DNA of 64,000 nucleotides from Anthoceros angustus. Its lineage: Eukaryota > Plantae > Anthocerotophyta. Below are positions 49,301-62,000 of the stretch, one piece after another; positions within the stretch are counted from its first letter, which is position 1; every line of letters starts with the position of its first letter. The DNA is taken from the NCBI GenBank assembly GCA_010909165.1, contig MU008158.1, positions 1,327,478 through 1,391,477 of the forward strand. Reading direction: 5' to 3'. A model generated the notes under the pieces. The model was not told the DNA's origin, ran no database searches, and saw only the letters and a list, made by a program, of their open reading frames with translations. The translations under genes were made by a program, and so were the position numbers.

Positions 49301-52300
49301 ACTGGGAGCTGTGAATTAGGATCACGTAACCTCGTAGCAATTGGATGGTGCATCAAGATGGTGCTTTCTGGGGCAACACGAGCAGGTGGATGCGTTGATC
49401 CTGAGGCAGAGGCCGGCTGAGCAGTAGTTGTGTTGTTCTGTCTTCCCCTCACTGGCAACACACGTACTGACCTGGAGTCATCAAAAGTCATGAAGGCTCC
49501 TTGATAGTGACCTACACCTCCTCCGGTTGAAGCCTGTGCAGCCTGATCTGTTCTCTGCTCTGCCACAGCCCTGTCAATCAGCTGCCGCATACTGAGGGTC
49601 TCCTCTGTTCCAGGGGCCCGAAAACCAACAGGTTCCGCATTTCCACTTTGACCTCCACTCGCAGAATCCACACGCTCAAAAATTTGCCTCATGTGTCTCA
49701 TGGTAAGACTTGGAGCACCAGATGTATTTCCAGCTGAAGTGCGTGAAGCTGGCTGCTGCTGGGAAGAAGGGGAAGGGGAAGAAGAGGGAGATGCAGGGGG
49801 CAGCCCAAAGTCACTTGTATGTATATGAATGTCAATACTTCTGGGACCTAAACTGCCTCCCGGTGAAGGAACAAAGACACCGCCATTTGGCTGAGCTGTG
49901 CCAATTGGCACAGCACCCAATGACCCACCCGTGTGGAACGCTAGAGGAGGCTGCAGCAAGCATTTCGACTACGTAAGCGCTTTCTATGTAGGCCCAGTTT
50001 GTCATAAATGAACCGGTCGGTTATTGGCATGAATTCCATAGCATGCAGGACCACATGCATTTGAAAATATGAATACTGCATTTCACATGACAAGAGAGGG
50101 CTTCGAGACAACTACTTTTGGGCACGTCTTAGATTTCATGGGTAACTTATTACCTGAATCATCATTGGATTTGGCCCGGTCGGTGAAATGAAAACAGCAG
50201 GTCCAGCATTCACAACTGACTCAGCCTGTGGAAATCCAGAAGGAATCACAGTCAAAGCATGGCCACCAACACATATGATGCAAAAATGGTACATTCAAGG
50301 CACTGACTTACAGGAGATTGACCCATGCGTAAATTCTGGGTGGTCCGACCAAGCTCCAAAAGCAAAGCTCCGAGTTGTTGAATCATATTGCCATCGCGAA
50401 GAGCAGCAGCTTGTACTTCAGCTCTTGCACCAACATCAGTAATGGAAGGCTCATTTTCCAATTGCCCTGCAAGCCTCTACAATGAGAGTATCTATATAAG
50501 TAGACAGGCGATTAAAAGTTCATGAAGTAAAACCCTATCATTGCTGATTGGAGACAAATAACAACTTCTACTAATTGAGTAACCCACCGAAAGGGCAGTG
50601 CCAGCACCACCACTCAATAGACCTTGCACACGCCGTACAAGACCACCCAGAGCAGCTGGAGTTGGCAGGCGTCTACTCAAAGTTTGAGGGCCTGGTGTGC
50701 TTGAATGCTCTTGAACATCACCATTAAGAGGCACAGTACTTGACGTACTCGGCTGAGCAGAGTGCACAGCCAAGCTAGGAGGACCAGGGGCCGGATATGA
50801 CCCGGAAGTTGGGGTGTTTTCCACAGGGTGCTGTAACTGTGGGGGATTTCCTCCAGAAGTCATGGCCTCTGTATGAAAGACAGTGAGATATTGAAATACA
50901 AAAATCAAAAGCTAATCTTCAAGCCTTCGAACTTGTGCAAATGGCAGAGAAGGTAATGTATAGACTTACCGTTTGAAGCAAATCCTTGCTCCAGGCGATC
51001 CAAGTACTGAGACATGGTTGTCAAAGCGTCAGGTATAACCTGAAAACGCAATTTCAGGGTAATGGAACAAAGTTCAAGGTGAATGGCCTTAAGAGCACAA
51101 TGACAATCAGAATAGCGGCATTCAGCAAAACTTCAGCAGGGTATTGGAGTCTGAAGGATGAGGATTATTTATTAAGGTATGCAATCAAGGGGCAGTCAGG
51201 GGGATCATCAGGCTACTGAGGGACATGGGTAGCATGTTAGAACACACCATGGGCTGAGCAAATGTGCTCCTCGAAGGACCAGATGCTCCAGACAGGCTCC
51301 CTATAGCTGAAGGGCTAAATAAAGCATCGATTTGCAATTCCAAATCAGTGTGCAGAGGATGCTCCAGTAAATCAGTCGCAGCACCTGCTGCTGATAAGCC
51401 ATCTATTCTTGCTTGTCCATGTGATGCAGCAGGCTGCTGTGCACGTGCAGGAAGTAAACCCTGATGCAATTTTGTACATTTGTAGATGCAGGTGCTAGCA
51501 GGGTAGTTGGGTACAAGAGCAGACAAGGCGACACAATGAAACTCATTAATCAAAGTATCACAAGTAAATACTTACCGCCGTGACACCAGCAGTATTAACT
51601 CCTAGGCCTCCAGGAACTCCATGGCCAAGCCCTACAGTGCTGAGCACAGCCGAAATTATCTGTTCACAAAAATGGACGGACTAGTTATGGCCTAGCTTAG
51701 GCTCATTACTGTGCTAGGGAACCAACTGAACTAAATATCATTTCAACAGGTGGAGGTCCTAAATTTCACTCTTACCATACCGGAGCCCCAACTACACTTC
51801 ACAAACTTTCTGTCCCCACCCTCAGCACACGATTTGCTTCTGATACAGCTAGCATCTTACCCTGTTGAGATCAGGCATTGCACCTTCTCCACCGTCTGGG
51901 ATGTTAATTGTCCCCATTAGGACGCTGTGAGAGACATGACCCCCTCTGTTCTGCTGTGAAACCGTAGGTCCATCTGACATTCCTCCCCCATCTGCAGCAT
52001 GACAACCCCGAAAAACATTAAGCTTCACTATACCAATAAGTTGAATGAAGTCTGCATGCTGCTCCAAATCACTGAAAATGGCATGCATCCCACCTTCCGT
52101 GCCACCGCTTGCTCCAGCAGTTGCCGTGGGCTGCTGTGGAGGTCTAGCGACCAAGTGCAGCGTATGTCCATCTTCCACATCTGACTGTTGGTTAAGAAAA
52201 TTCAACCACACCACCTTGCACTCTCCCAAACGCCCCATACTTTCTCACCCACAATCCCCTTTGCACACAACCACCTGAAAGCTTGAGAATGGATACTGTA

Positions 52301-52888
52301 AGAAGACAACAACTGATCGTCCTTCAGAACCTTCCCACGACAAATGAGTCGCTGGCTCGGTACCGCCACCCCGACCAAGGCGGCAAGCTGTTCCTTCAGA
52401 GCCGGAATAGGCATCTGCAATTCCACATCAAACACAGAGTGAAGCGAGGATGAAAGAGACTTACTTCCCACGAGGAGTACAGCAGGCACAACGGCACAGG
52501 CCGTAATCCATGCCATTCTCTCTAAGTACACTTGCAGCCCCGTTCAGGCCCTCAAGGCGCAGCTGAACCAACTGGGCATCAGTCCACGCAAAGGCACCCC
52601 ATGCAAGGACTTGGGGTCCCAAGGAATCAAGATCACATGCAGCGCTGATGCACAAGCGCAGAAGGAATGCCCAGGACAGTTGCCGGCGCTAAGGGGGCAA
52701 CGCTAATGCACATGGAGACAAATGACCATACTCGCAACCATTCCCGTGCTCATTTCCTACTGGAATCCGGGTGCCGCACTTACATCTCTGTCTACCCGCA
52801 TTGTGTACGTTTGCGCATCCAGAGTCTTAATTTTGATCTCAACGGAGGATCCGCCATCGCTGCTCTCCCCTGGGTTGCCCGTCTCCAT
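46345..52888 (-). CDS. BAG6: BAG6/Scythe-like ubiquitin-like-domain protein, multi-exon
   Basis: N-terminal UBL (IKIKTLDAQTY..QRLICRGKVLKDDQLLSSY|NVEDGHTLHLVAR). Central GALLLELGRTT and PAVFISPTGPNPMM. C-terminal AADPDFGDGSRFPNA. Internal exon borders only partly resolved. Confidence 0.87.
52181..52296 (-). other. U12-type (minor spliceosome) GT-AG intron in the UBL-coding region
   Basis: Donor GTATCCATT; branch site TTTCTTAAC about 10 nt before the AG; no pyrimidine tract between them. Splicing gives SSYNVEDG. Confidence 0.7.
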
Positions 52889-53625
52889 CCCAAGGGCTGG
52901 AATTCGCTTGTAAGATTGGCGCCGACAGGCAGCACACCGCAATTGCTGCCGGATCAACAGGAGGCGCCCGCCCTAAGTTGGCGGGGAAGCAGAGTGGAAA
53001 GGCAGACGGGAAGGATAGCGGCCCTGCAAGGCAGGGGATGGGGAAGGGGAAGGGGAAAGGAGGGGGGAGGGAAAGGAAGGGAAGAGAAAAGAAGAGGAGC
53101 GGAGTGGAGTGGAGAAGAAGCAGGAGAGGCCAAGCCAGGCGGAAGAAGTCGAGGCAGGTCGAGAGAGAAACCTGGCAGCGGAACTGAGATGGCAGCAGCA
53201 AATCTTTTCCAGGGGTAAAACTTACTCACTCACCGTCACCACTAGACTACCTTCATGTACACACCGCATGGTTACCTTGTTTCCACACCACACCTCTTTT
53301 CACCCATGGAGCCATATCTACATACCAACTTCGTCACATTTATTTCTAAAAGTTAATAAATATTTCATTTTAATATGTTAGATATCTAATAGCTACAGAC
53401 CCAATCAAAATCTCTAGAAGCTAAGATACAATTTCATTGGTAATTTTTACTAAGTTCTTTGATACCTATACCTTACTTTTAAGACCACGTGCGCAAGACT
53501 AGTGGCTTCTTCGGCACCGGTGGTAGGTAGGCCCTTCATCATCCCTGATCACGATATCCTTGGTGCAGTAGGTAGTTACGGGAAAGGCATTCGAGGGATT
53601 AGGACTTCCCTTTTTACTATTGGCC

Positions 53626-53862
53626 CTTTTTGGGTTGTTCCTCCTTGGTCTTCAAGGGTAGATGGGATTCCCTATCTCGCCTATTAATAACGTCTACTCT
53701 TCACTTTTAAAGACTTAGTAATGTTAGAAGAGAAATTTAATACTTTTTGGGTTGTTCCTCCTTGGTCTTCAAGGGTAGATGGGATTCCCTATCTCGCCTA
53801 TTAATAACGTCTACTCTTCACTTTTAAGACTTAGTAATGTTAGAAGAGAAATTTAATACTTT
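53626..53862. repeat. 117-bp tandem duplication, plus a partial degenerate third copy near 53921-53975
   Basis: Copies start at 53626 and 53743. Confidence 0.9.
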
Positions 53863-54458
53863 CTCAACCATACTACGGTATATTTTTTGAGGAGGCATGC
53901 TTTTAATACCTATAAATTATTTTTAAGACTTAATAATATTAGAAGAGAAATTAAATTACTTTCTCAACTATACTATATTTCTTGAGGCGGCACGTTTTTA
54001 ATGTCAAGAAAATCCATGATCCATGAACATTTATCTCCTAACGAACAAGATAGCCGTGTGTGATTTCATAGTCACACAAAATGCATACAAGATTTTCTTT
54101 TCTTTTTCTTAATTAAGATCTCTTTGATAGCCGACCCCATTTATAAAGTGCTAGGGTCATTTACATATGGTTAAGTTCATTTGTTATGAGGACTTTTACA
54201 TAATTTGAACATTAATTGGTAAATGTATACAAGGTTCATGTAGAAATGTAAAATAAACTTGAGAATCTTCTATCACCGAAAAATGAAGAATTCATAAAAG
54301 AATAAGAGTGTTTTCGAATGATTCTGTAGGTATATTATTTAAATCCTTCTTTTGAAGTTAGTTTAACTACTCATATTACTTACATACTTTGAAAAAGATG
54401 ATGAATTATATGTAAAGGAGTACCTAATATGTTCGTGGCTAGAATAAGTTCTTAGAGT

Positions 54459-54920
54459 ATGAAGACGACATGTGTTCTTCTACATTTGTTAAGTACTTTC
54501 ATTTATTCATATGTTTGTCATGGACAGCTTCTTATTTCGACAGGTGACGGAACTGCTCCTAATACAACCAAAATATTTTCTAGTTGCAATTTGCTTGAAA
54601 GATTCTTCCCACCTGGATTTTCTTTGGGTTTTCAACTTAGTGGCTTGATTGCGGATGGGCTTATAGAGTACCCCCTTCGAATGCCATACATGCCAGTGTA
54701 TAGACAAGTTGGATCAGGAGAAATTTATTTTAGAGGTTTAGTTATGTGTTATCCAAGACCAAGGTCAATGGCTACAAAAAGACAATGTGAAATTTGTTTA
54801 ACAATAATTAAGGAAGAAGTTATGAGAGAATGTAATTATTCCAAAGAGGCAAATTATCTAGCTCAAGATTGTCATCTACAATATTCATACTTAGGACCAT
54901 TGAGTTGTTGGCTGCCATAA
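54459..54920 (+). CDS. Secreted single-domain DUF26/Gnk2-like cysteine-rich protein
   Basis: Hydrophobic signal peptide. GLVMC-x12-CEICL, then C..EA..LAQDCHLQYS, matching the Gnk2/DUF26 cysteine layout. Confidence 0.7.
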   Translation: MKTTCVLLHLLSTFIYSYVCHGQLLISTGDGTAPNTTKIFSSCNLLERFFPPGFSLGFQLSGLIADGLIEYPLRMPYMPVYRQVGSGEIYFRGLVMCYPRPRSMATKRQCEICLTIIKEEVMRECNYSKEANYLAQDCHLQYSYLGPLSCWLP

Positions 54921-55269
54921 TCAATGGATTTCATCATATTTTGTAGCTTTTCTGACCATTTTTATTATTTCAATATTGTTCATATGTTTGTAATATCGAT
55001 GAATTATAGTTTTTAAATAATTATAATTTAACGAGTTCTCATAATGGCTCCTTTGCAAGAAACTTTTCATAGTTGTGGCACCTCACACACATACATAGTA
55101 ACGAACTTCACACGTTCATAATCTCACTCCCAAGAAATTGGCCGCCACAAATCACAAATCGAACCATGCATCCAAAATACGGTCAACTAAGTTATGAAGC
55201 CGAGTGTAAGAATCCATAGGTGCGAATCTTTACGTTGGTTCTCGCACTGCATTGACATGCACAATAACA

Positions 55270-55518
55270 CTAAACTTCACACAATTAAAATGGACTCTAA
55301 AACACATTCTATGGGGTTGATGATGCCTAAACTTCACACAATTAAAATGGAACTATAACTCTAAAACACATTCTATGGGGTTGATGATACCTAAACTTCA
55401 CACAATTAAAATGGAACTATAACTCTAAAACACATTCTATGGGGTTGATGATATCTAAACGTCACACAATTAAAATGGAACTATAACTCTAAAACACATT
55501 TCATGGGGTTGATGATGC
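55270..55518. repeat. Minisatellite, 4 copies of a 64-bp unit (first copy 57 bp)
   Basis: Units start at 55270, 55327, 55391 and 55455. Confidence 0.9.
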
Positions 55519-56294
55519 CAAGTACAAGAATGCCCCATTGATGAATGACATATTAGATACAAATTGGCTACAAAGCAAGCTTGAAAGAATGTCATGATGG
55601 TGAATGACATTTCCCGGTTAATGGGGAACACACTGGTTCCAAGTGGGAACGCAATCCCGGAGGATGGACTCCCGGGAGGAACGCACTCCTGGTTCTGCGC
55701 GCGGGTTTCTTGCAGCCCGCACCTCTGAAGCTGGCCATGTTGATTAGACATGGCAGGCCGCTTCTTTCATTCATGCCTGGAGTTGTTCCTGAGCTCTAGA
55801 CTTTGCCAATTTTTTTGCGGGCACGTTTAGGCACTCTGAGGTTAATTATGATTCGGAACTAACCTATAATGTTTTCAACTTGAGATGTTAATTGTATTAA
55901 AGTTCTCTTGAACATAAATTGTCATAGCAAAGATTAAGTAATATCATCAATCTAAAACAAATATTATTCAGCAATGAACTCAAATCATTGCTTGTATGAT
56001 ATATTAAAATTAAAAGTATTAAATATTTGTAAATTAATATTCAATTACCATAAAACTAATACTATTATGGATGAACATCAAAGTGGATAAAAGAAAGGAG
56101 CCCCATCATTGTCTTCCGAGTGAGGGTATAAAGAACTACATAAACATGTAACCTAAGTTGGATTGAACCATAGGAACCCTCCATTTTCGAAGTAATCTAT
56201 TGTCAACTTTTGGGACCCATGACGGTGTGCAAGGTTGAATCCCATACTTGTGCGTAGTTCGTTTTCGCAACTGTTCGAGTCTCCAACAGAAGGG

Positions 56295-58482
56295 TCAAGA
56301 TGCAGATCTTCGGGTAACCCTCAGCGGCAAGCCTGATTTGAGTTTGGGCATGGGCCAATGACTGACGGTCTGATCCAGCGCTCCGCTGGGCTTGAAGCTG
56401 TGTCAGCACAAGAGTAGAAGCTTAGAACAACTGTTAAGGTACTCGCCGTTGTTTGGCGAAGTATGAACGAAGCCGGAAATCTCCTGGTGCACTCACTTGT
56501 AGTTTGTCACAAAGTGATGGAGGAAGACCAGCATCTCCTGCTTGGCCAGCTCGCTTCCTGGGCACGCCCTAGGCCCATTTCCGAAGGGTGTGAAGGTGTG
56601 GGTTTTGGGTACGTTCTGCCAAAACCACGTCCACGGTATGTGAACAACAAAGCTGTTTCGCAGCCCATCAATCTAGGCTGGATTGCTCACCTGAAATCTG
56701 GAAGGATCGAACTTGTGGGGATCCGGGAAGCGTTCAGGATCCAGGTGGACATATTTGTTCCAGGTGAGCACTTTCCAGCCCTTGGGAAATAGAATTCCTG
56801 CACGTTTCAAGACCCGTTGATGCAGCACTGCTGTTGGTGCATTGCATTGGAATGCACTTCAGGAGTGTACCTACCGTTAAAAACGACATCCTCCGTTGCT
56901 TCTCTCATGTTGAAAGACACAATGTTCCTTGTCCTGAAAGTCTCTTGAATAACCTGTGACCACGTATTGGTAGTCAGGAACAGCCTGAGCTGCTGTGGAT
57001 GTAGTATCTATCGTTGAGGAGGATGACGCGCACATGCCGTATACCCACCCTGTTTGTGTAGGTCAGTTTTCGAAGGTCATCCGGGGAGATGGGATCGTCA
57101 ATGTGTGCTCTTTGTCGAGCAATGGCATCATTCTCCTCCTGATTCCACGAGTTAGTGCATACAGTCTGGATCCGCTCCCTCGTGCTGCTCTGTGCTGTAG
57201 CAATACCAGGGGTTTGAGGGTTTGGATGTGAGACGAGGCATGTATGCATACCTGAACCCGTTGGAGAAATTCAGGGTAGAGCAGCAGGTTGTGGATGACC
57301 CAGGTGAGCGAAATGGCTGAAGTGTCATGGGCCGCAAACAAGATGCTTAGAATGTTATCCGTCACTTGCTCGTCGGTGAACTTGCCTCCAGCTCCCTCCG
57401 CCTGTAAGAAGGAGTCAAGCACGTCCTGATGGATCACTTTGCCGGCCTCTTGCCGCCTCTTTTGGATCTCTATGGCGAGACACTGCACTAGCTCCTTGCG
57501 TGCCTGGGGTCAAGGTGGCAGAGGAACAGCGTGTCAGAGCTCTATCAACGTTGAAAGCGGATTACAGAGATGGCATCGGACAGGTTGTTGCACACTGTCA
57601 CACCTGAATGGCTCGGCCGAAGGTTGTCCCAGGAAGATTGATCGGAGTGGCGAAGAAGCCTTGCTCAATTGCTGTGAAAAGCTTCCTCAGCCTGTCGATG
57701 TCTGTATGGTGTTTCAGGCTGTCGACGGCGAAGAGCAAGGCGACATGGAAAGTGAACTGCAGAAAGGAAGCCACGGTTTATATGTTGTCAAAAGCGGGAG
57801 ATGCTTGGAGGAGTGATCTGGATGTCAAATTCCTACTCCTGAAAATGGCTCACCTTTTGCAGCTCCTCTGCAACACGAATGGTTGCTTCCTGCCCCCAGC
57901 TCTGCATCTGCTCTCTTGCAACTCGATCAATATCAGTAGTGAAGGTTCTCAGGGAATCCGAAATGATTGGAGCTTGTATGAGTCTCCGATAGTGATCGTG
58001 CAACTCTCCGTTTGTCGAATTGATTGACGTTTTGCCCATGATCTGCTGAGTGGCGTCTGTGTAGCTTGAGTGGAAAAGCTTGGACTGAAGCACAAATCTT
58101 GTTGCTTCAAGTGTGGTGGTGCAAATTGTTGGACACCCAAACAAATGAGTCCTGAAAACTCCTCCATATCTGCAGCGCATCAAGGATCAAGATGTTCTTG
58201 CAGAGTGAGCACCTGGGAGGGTAGCACTGGTTACTACTCAGACTGGAGGCATGAAAATCCTCCTCACTGTTTTAGGCGAGGGAGCATGAAGTCATCTGAT
58301 GAGCCGCTGAGAAATTGGATGCTGTCCCCGACAACCGGCAGCTGCCAGAATCGTCCTGGAGGCACTTGGGCGCTTCTGCTCCTGACGTTCAGGGTGCGGG
58401 AATGGTTGCAGATCCATGCAATCAACAAGAAGGGAAGGCCCAGGGCTAACCCCACCCACAACTCAACTCCTGCTGCTGCCAT
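56295..58482 (-). CDS. Cytochrome P450, CYP85 clan (CYP707-like), 9 exons
   Basis: Exons 58482-58268, 58169-57854, 57756-57604, 57503-57252, 57138-57049, 56953-56875, 56797-56691, plus two more. I-helix FAAHDTS, ETFR, FDPSRF, heme motif [10 protein letters not shown]. The 90/79/107-nt exon series is typical of CYP85-clan genes. Confidence 0.93.
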
Positions 58483-59013
58483 GGATTTTGCTGGCAGCCT
58501 GCAGGTGCACGAAAACCCACGGCGCTGGGCAACTTATGAGACGTGTCGTCGAAGATCATGCCGACGGAGCGCTGTACCCTGGATCCCACCATTACGTCAT
58601 GATCTATGCTGCCGCTGGGGAGAGTTCATCTTATGCAGTGCCCGGCCGGGACGTCAAACGCGTACGACTTGTATGTGGAAGGAATATTGGCATCTGCTGT
58701 GTCTTCTTGCGGGGAATATTGTTGAGCTTACAGATTCACTACAGGTGCCCACTGTTTCAGCCGGATGGGAAGCTTCCTTGGCACCACCGGGGTTCCCAAA
58801 AGCTTTCAATATTTCTTGCCAAAGTGCCGCATAATCTGGTGTTCATCCAAAGGACCTGGTCACGTGCACTCCGGGATACTTTGATCCCCTGAGGTTTGGA
58901 TGGTTTCAGAAAAGTGGAACACGAACACGATGGCACAATATCATGGTGAGAAATGTGGTGTGAAGTTTTGAGAACGTTTGCCTTGCTTTTCCTTGTGTCT
59001 GACAGTGTGGAAA

Positions 59014-62000
59014 TCAGTACGCAGCAATGACCTCGCCTTTCATGGATAGTGCCAGAGCTCCGAGTTCTGCACCATCATGCATTTTCAGGCCTGGAAGCAC
59101 AAGGGCTCTAGGTCCAACATAGCAGCTTTCTCCGATCTCATTCACCTTGAACTCTACCTTGTCTCCTTCGTACACATGGCCGAAGAGGAGAGAGTTTCTG
59201 CCCACCGCACTGCCAGCTCCCACTGTGAGCAGGTCAGGATTGAGAGCCAGAAGCGTGTCCACATAGGGAACCCTGCCTGCAGAGTCTCCGATGGTTGCAC
59301 CAAGTAGTCGGAGGTAGAAGCAGCCTAGGAGGGAGCCCTTGCCGAGTTCCAGGAAGTTCTGACACAGGAGCACGTTGATGGCTTGCCAGGTTGTGTCTCG
59401 CCAAGATGTGAAGCTCCACAGAGCACAGGAGCTGCCATCCCTTGCTTTGCCCACAAAAGTCCAACGGCAAGCTACAGTCAACCCTGTCAAGAGGAGGCCT
59501 GAGAAGAGGTATGCTGCAGGTACCAGAGTTAGCATCCATGTTGTTCCTATTTTGGTTCCGATGAATGAGAGTGCGAGAAGGGATGGAGAGTAGGCCAGAG
59601 CAAGCAGCGCCAAGGGAGTGAAAAGCTGCAAAACTGGTTGGATCAACCGACTCAGCACTTCCCCATCAGTGTGCTTGCGTCCTAATAAGCTTCGCGTTCC
59701 CTCCAAAGCCTCAGGTGCCACGGTCTTCTCATCAAGATGCTGTTCAATACAGCAGGTTCCTCGTACTGGCATCTGCTGGTATCTGCTAGGAACCGGAGTC
59801 CCCAGTTTCCCACCTGGAAATGCTGTACAGCCTCCGAATCTGCGTTCCTCCAACTTTCCCTCTGGCAGGTGCAGCAAGCTATCGGATGTTTGGAGCAGCT
59901 TTCTCCAAGCTGGAAGCAGAGGCTTCCCTGTTCGCAGATGCTGAGCGATGTCATATGCCAGTGACCGACCGTGGTCTATGGAGGCACTTTCCGACGCTGT
60001 CTTGGCTGTCACCAGGTCAATGCTTTGTGGTCCATTGCTGGGGTTGAATCGAAGACCTTCTGTGACCTTCTCATCGAGAACCTCATCCAGGTGTACCAAG
60101 CCCACATCTCTGTAAGGATAAACAGCCTCATCCCATGGCTTGGTGCAATCCAGAGCATCTTCATTTTGCGATGTGTCTTGAGAGACAGGACGGAGCTGCA
60201 GCTGGAAGATGTACTTCACTCCACGTGCAGAGAGCACCCTGCTCCGAAATTCAGCAGCCAAGAACTGGGGCGGTCGAGTGTCATTTGGATCTCTGGGAAC
60301 TGTTCCAGTGTCGGGTGGGATGATGTCAAACGGCTCTACTTTGCCTTCATTTTCGCCGAAGCTCTCATCCGATGGCCGCATCCTGAACTTGACATAGTAC
60401 TCCTGTGGTGCGCCTCCCGACGATCGGAAAAGCCTAGCCACATTGGAGTAGTAATGCAGCTCAGCATACGAGTTGGGCAGTCGGAGAGTCTCCCACGATG
60501 CAACGCCCGATCGTGGGTTTCTCTGGACGAAGAGAACTCTTTCATCATGGCTTTTCATGAAATAGCTGACGAAGTCCGACATGTTGCTGCAATGGAAAGC
60601 TCTCCCGGTCTTGAGGGTCAGATCCAGCAGGCTCTGCTCTGCCTCTGATTCTGCCTCAGGCCGGAGAATTCTCACTGATGCGCCTCTGGCATCCCCTCTG
60701 GCATCATCATCACCGCTGAGGCCGTTGCTGTGGCGGACTATAATTGCATAGGTCTTGCCAGGAGCGAAGACATCATGAGCTGGAAGCGTGTCTCTCAGAC
60801 TCTCCGAGATGCTCAAAGTCCCCTTCCCTGCCACTCCCAGCCGGTGGAAGTACCTGGCGTTCAAGGACAGGGTCGTCTTGGCAATGCTGGCTGCTAGGTT
60901 TGCCACAAGCTTTCGGTACAAGGGATCCATTTCTTCAATTCGGTAGTATTCTCGTTCCTGTTGTTTTTCCGACTCTGCTGAGATCTTCGCAACTGCTCCT
61001 TGCTGGTAGATCATCACTGGACTCTTCACACCAACGTACACACCTCCTTTTTGAAGGAAAGATCCTGTCACCGCCACAGAGTTGGCTCCCAGTATGGCTT
61101 CGTCCTCCAGCTTCACTCCTGGCATAAGGACACTCTGTGCCCCCACAATACATCTTGACCTTACATCAACCTTACCAAACTGGAGAAAATGCTTGTACTG
61201 GACCTGCTTCAGCAACGTCCGGGTCACAGTGCTAGTGATGATCTTTGCAAAGTCTCCCAGGTGAGATTCATCCCCAAGCGTAAGAAGATCAGGGTCCAGT
61301 AAAGGATTGACACTGCGAATGGAAGCCATGTTACCTATTGTGGCCCCCAGGCTGCGAAGGTAAGTCACCAAGGCGTCTGTCCCAGAAATGAACATGGCGA
61401 CTTTTATGTGCGTTGCCGTGAGCATGCGGTGAATCAGCCAGACATTGAATCCGAGGCGAGAGTTAAGTGGCAAGGCATCATCCTTCTTAACCCTCTCGAT
61501 CAGAGAATCTCCAATGAGCTGCCACTTGAGAGCGCAGGTGATTACAGACAGGGTGAAGGCAAAGGTCAAGTAAGCAGCGCCAGAGAAAACAAGCAGGACG
61601 AGGGCATCCCTGATGTTGGCAAACCTACAGAGGAACCTGAAGATGAGCTCAGGTTGGTGGAAGGCCAGGAGAGGTGCCAGTCCCGTCAATGCCCATGGCA
61701 GAGTTGCTGCAACAGGAAAGCAGACGAAACCAATCCCGGCGATGGTGGCATATTGCTCCGCCGGGCCCCTCTGTAGGATGGAAAGCTTGGAATTGAGCCA
61801 TAGCAGGAGGATGTAAGAGAGCATGGCCGAGACCGTGGTGACCAGTCCAATTAGGTACAATCCACAGAGCTGCTGTGCTGCCAATGCACTGGCAGTTGTC
61901 GATCCCCATATCTCCTACAGGTCCAACATCCAATTAATTTGACAAGAAAACAAGTTAGCATTTAGGAAAGAAGGTGGGAGTGGAAGTTGGGGTGGAAACC

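Noticed and set aside
55270-55518. C/D snoRNA cluster (TGATGA in each unit)
   Set aside because: No box D; it is a simple tandem repeat.
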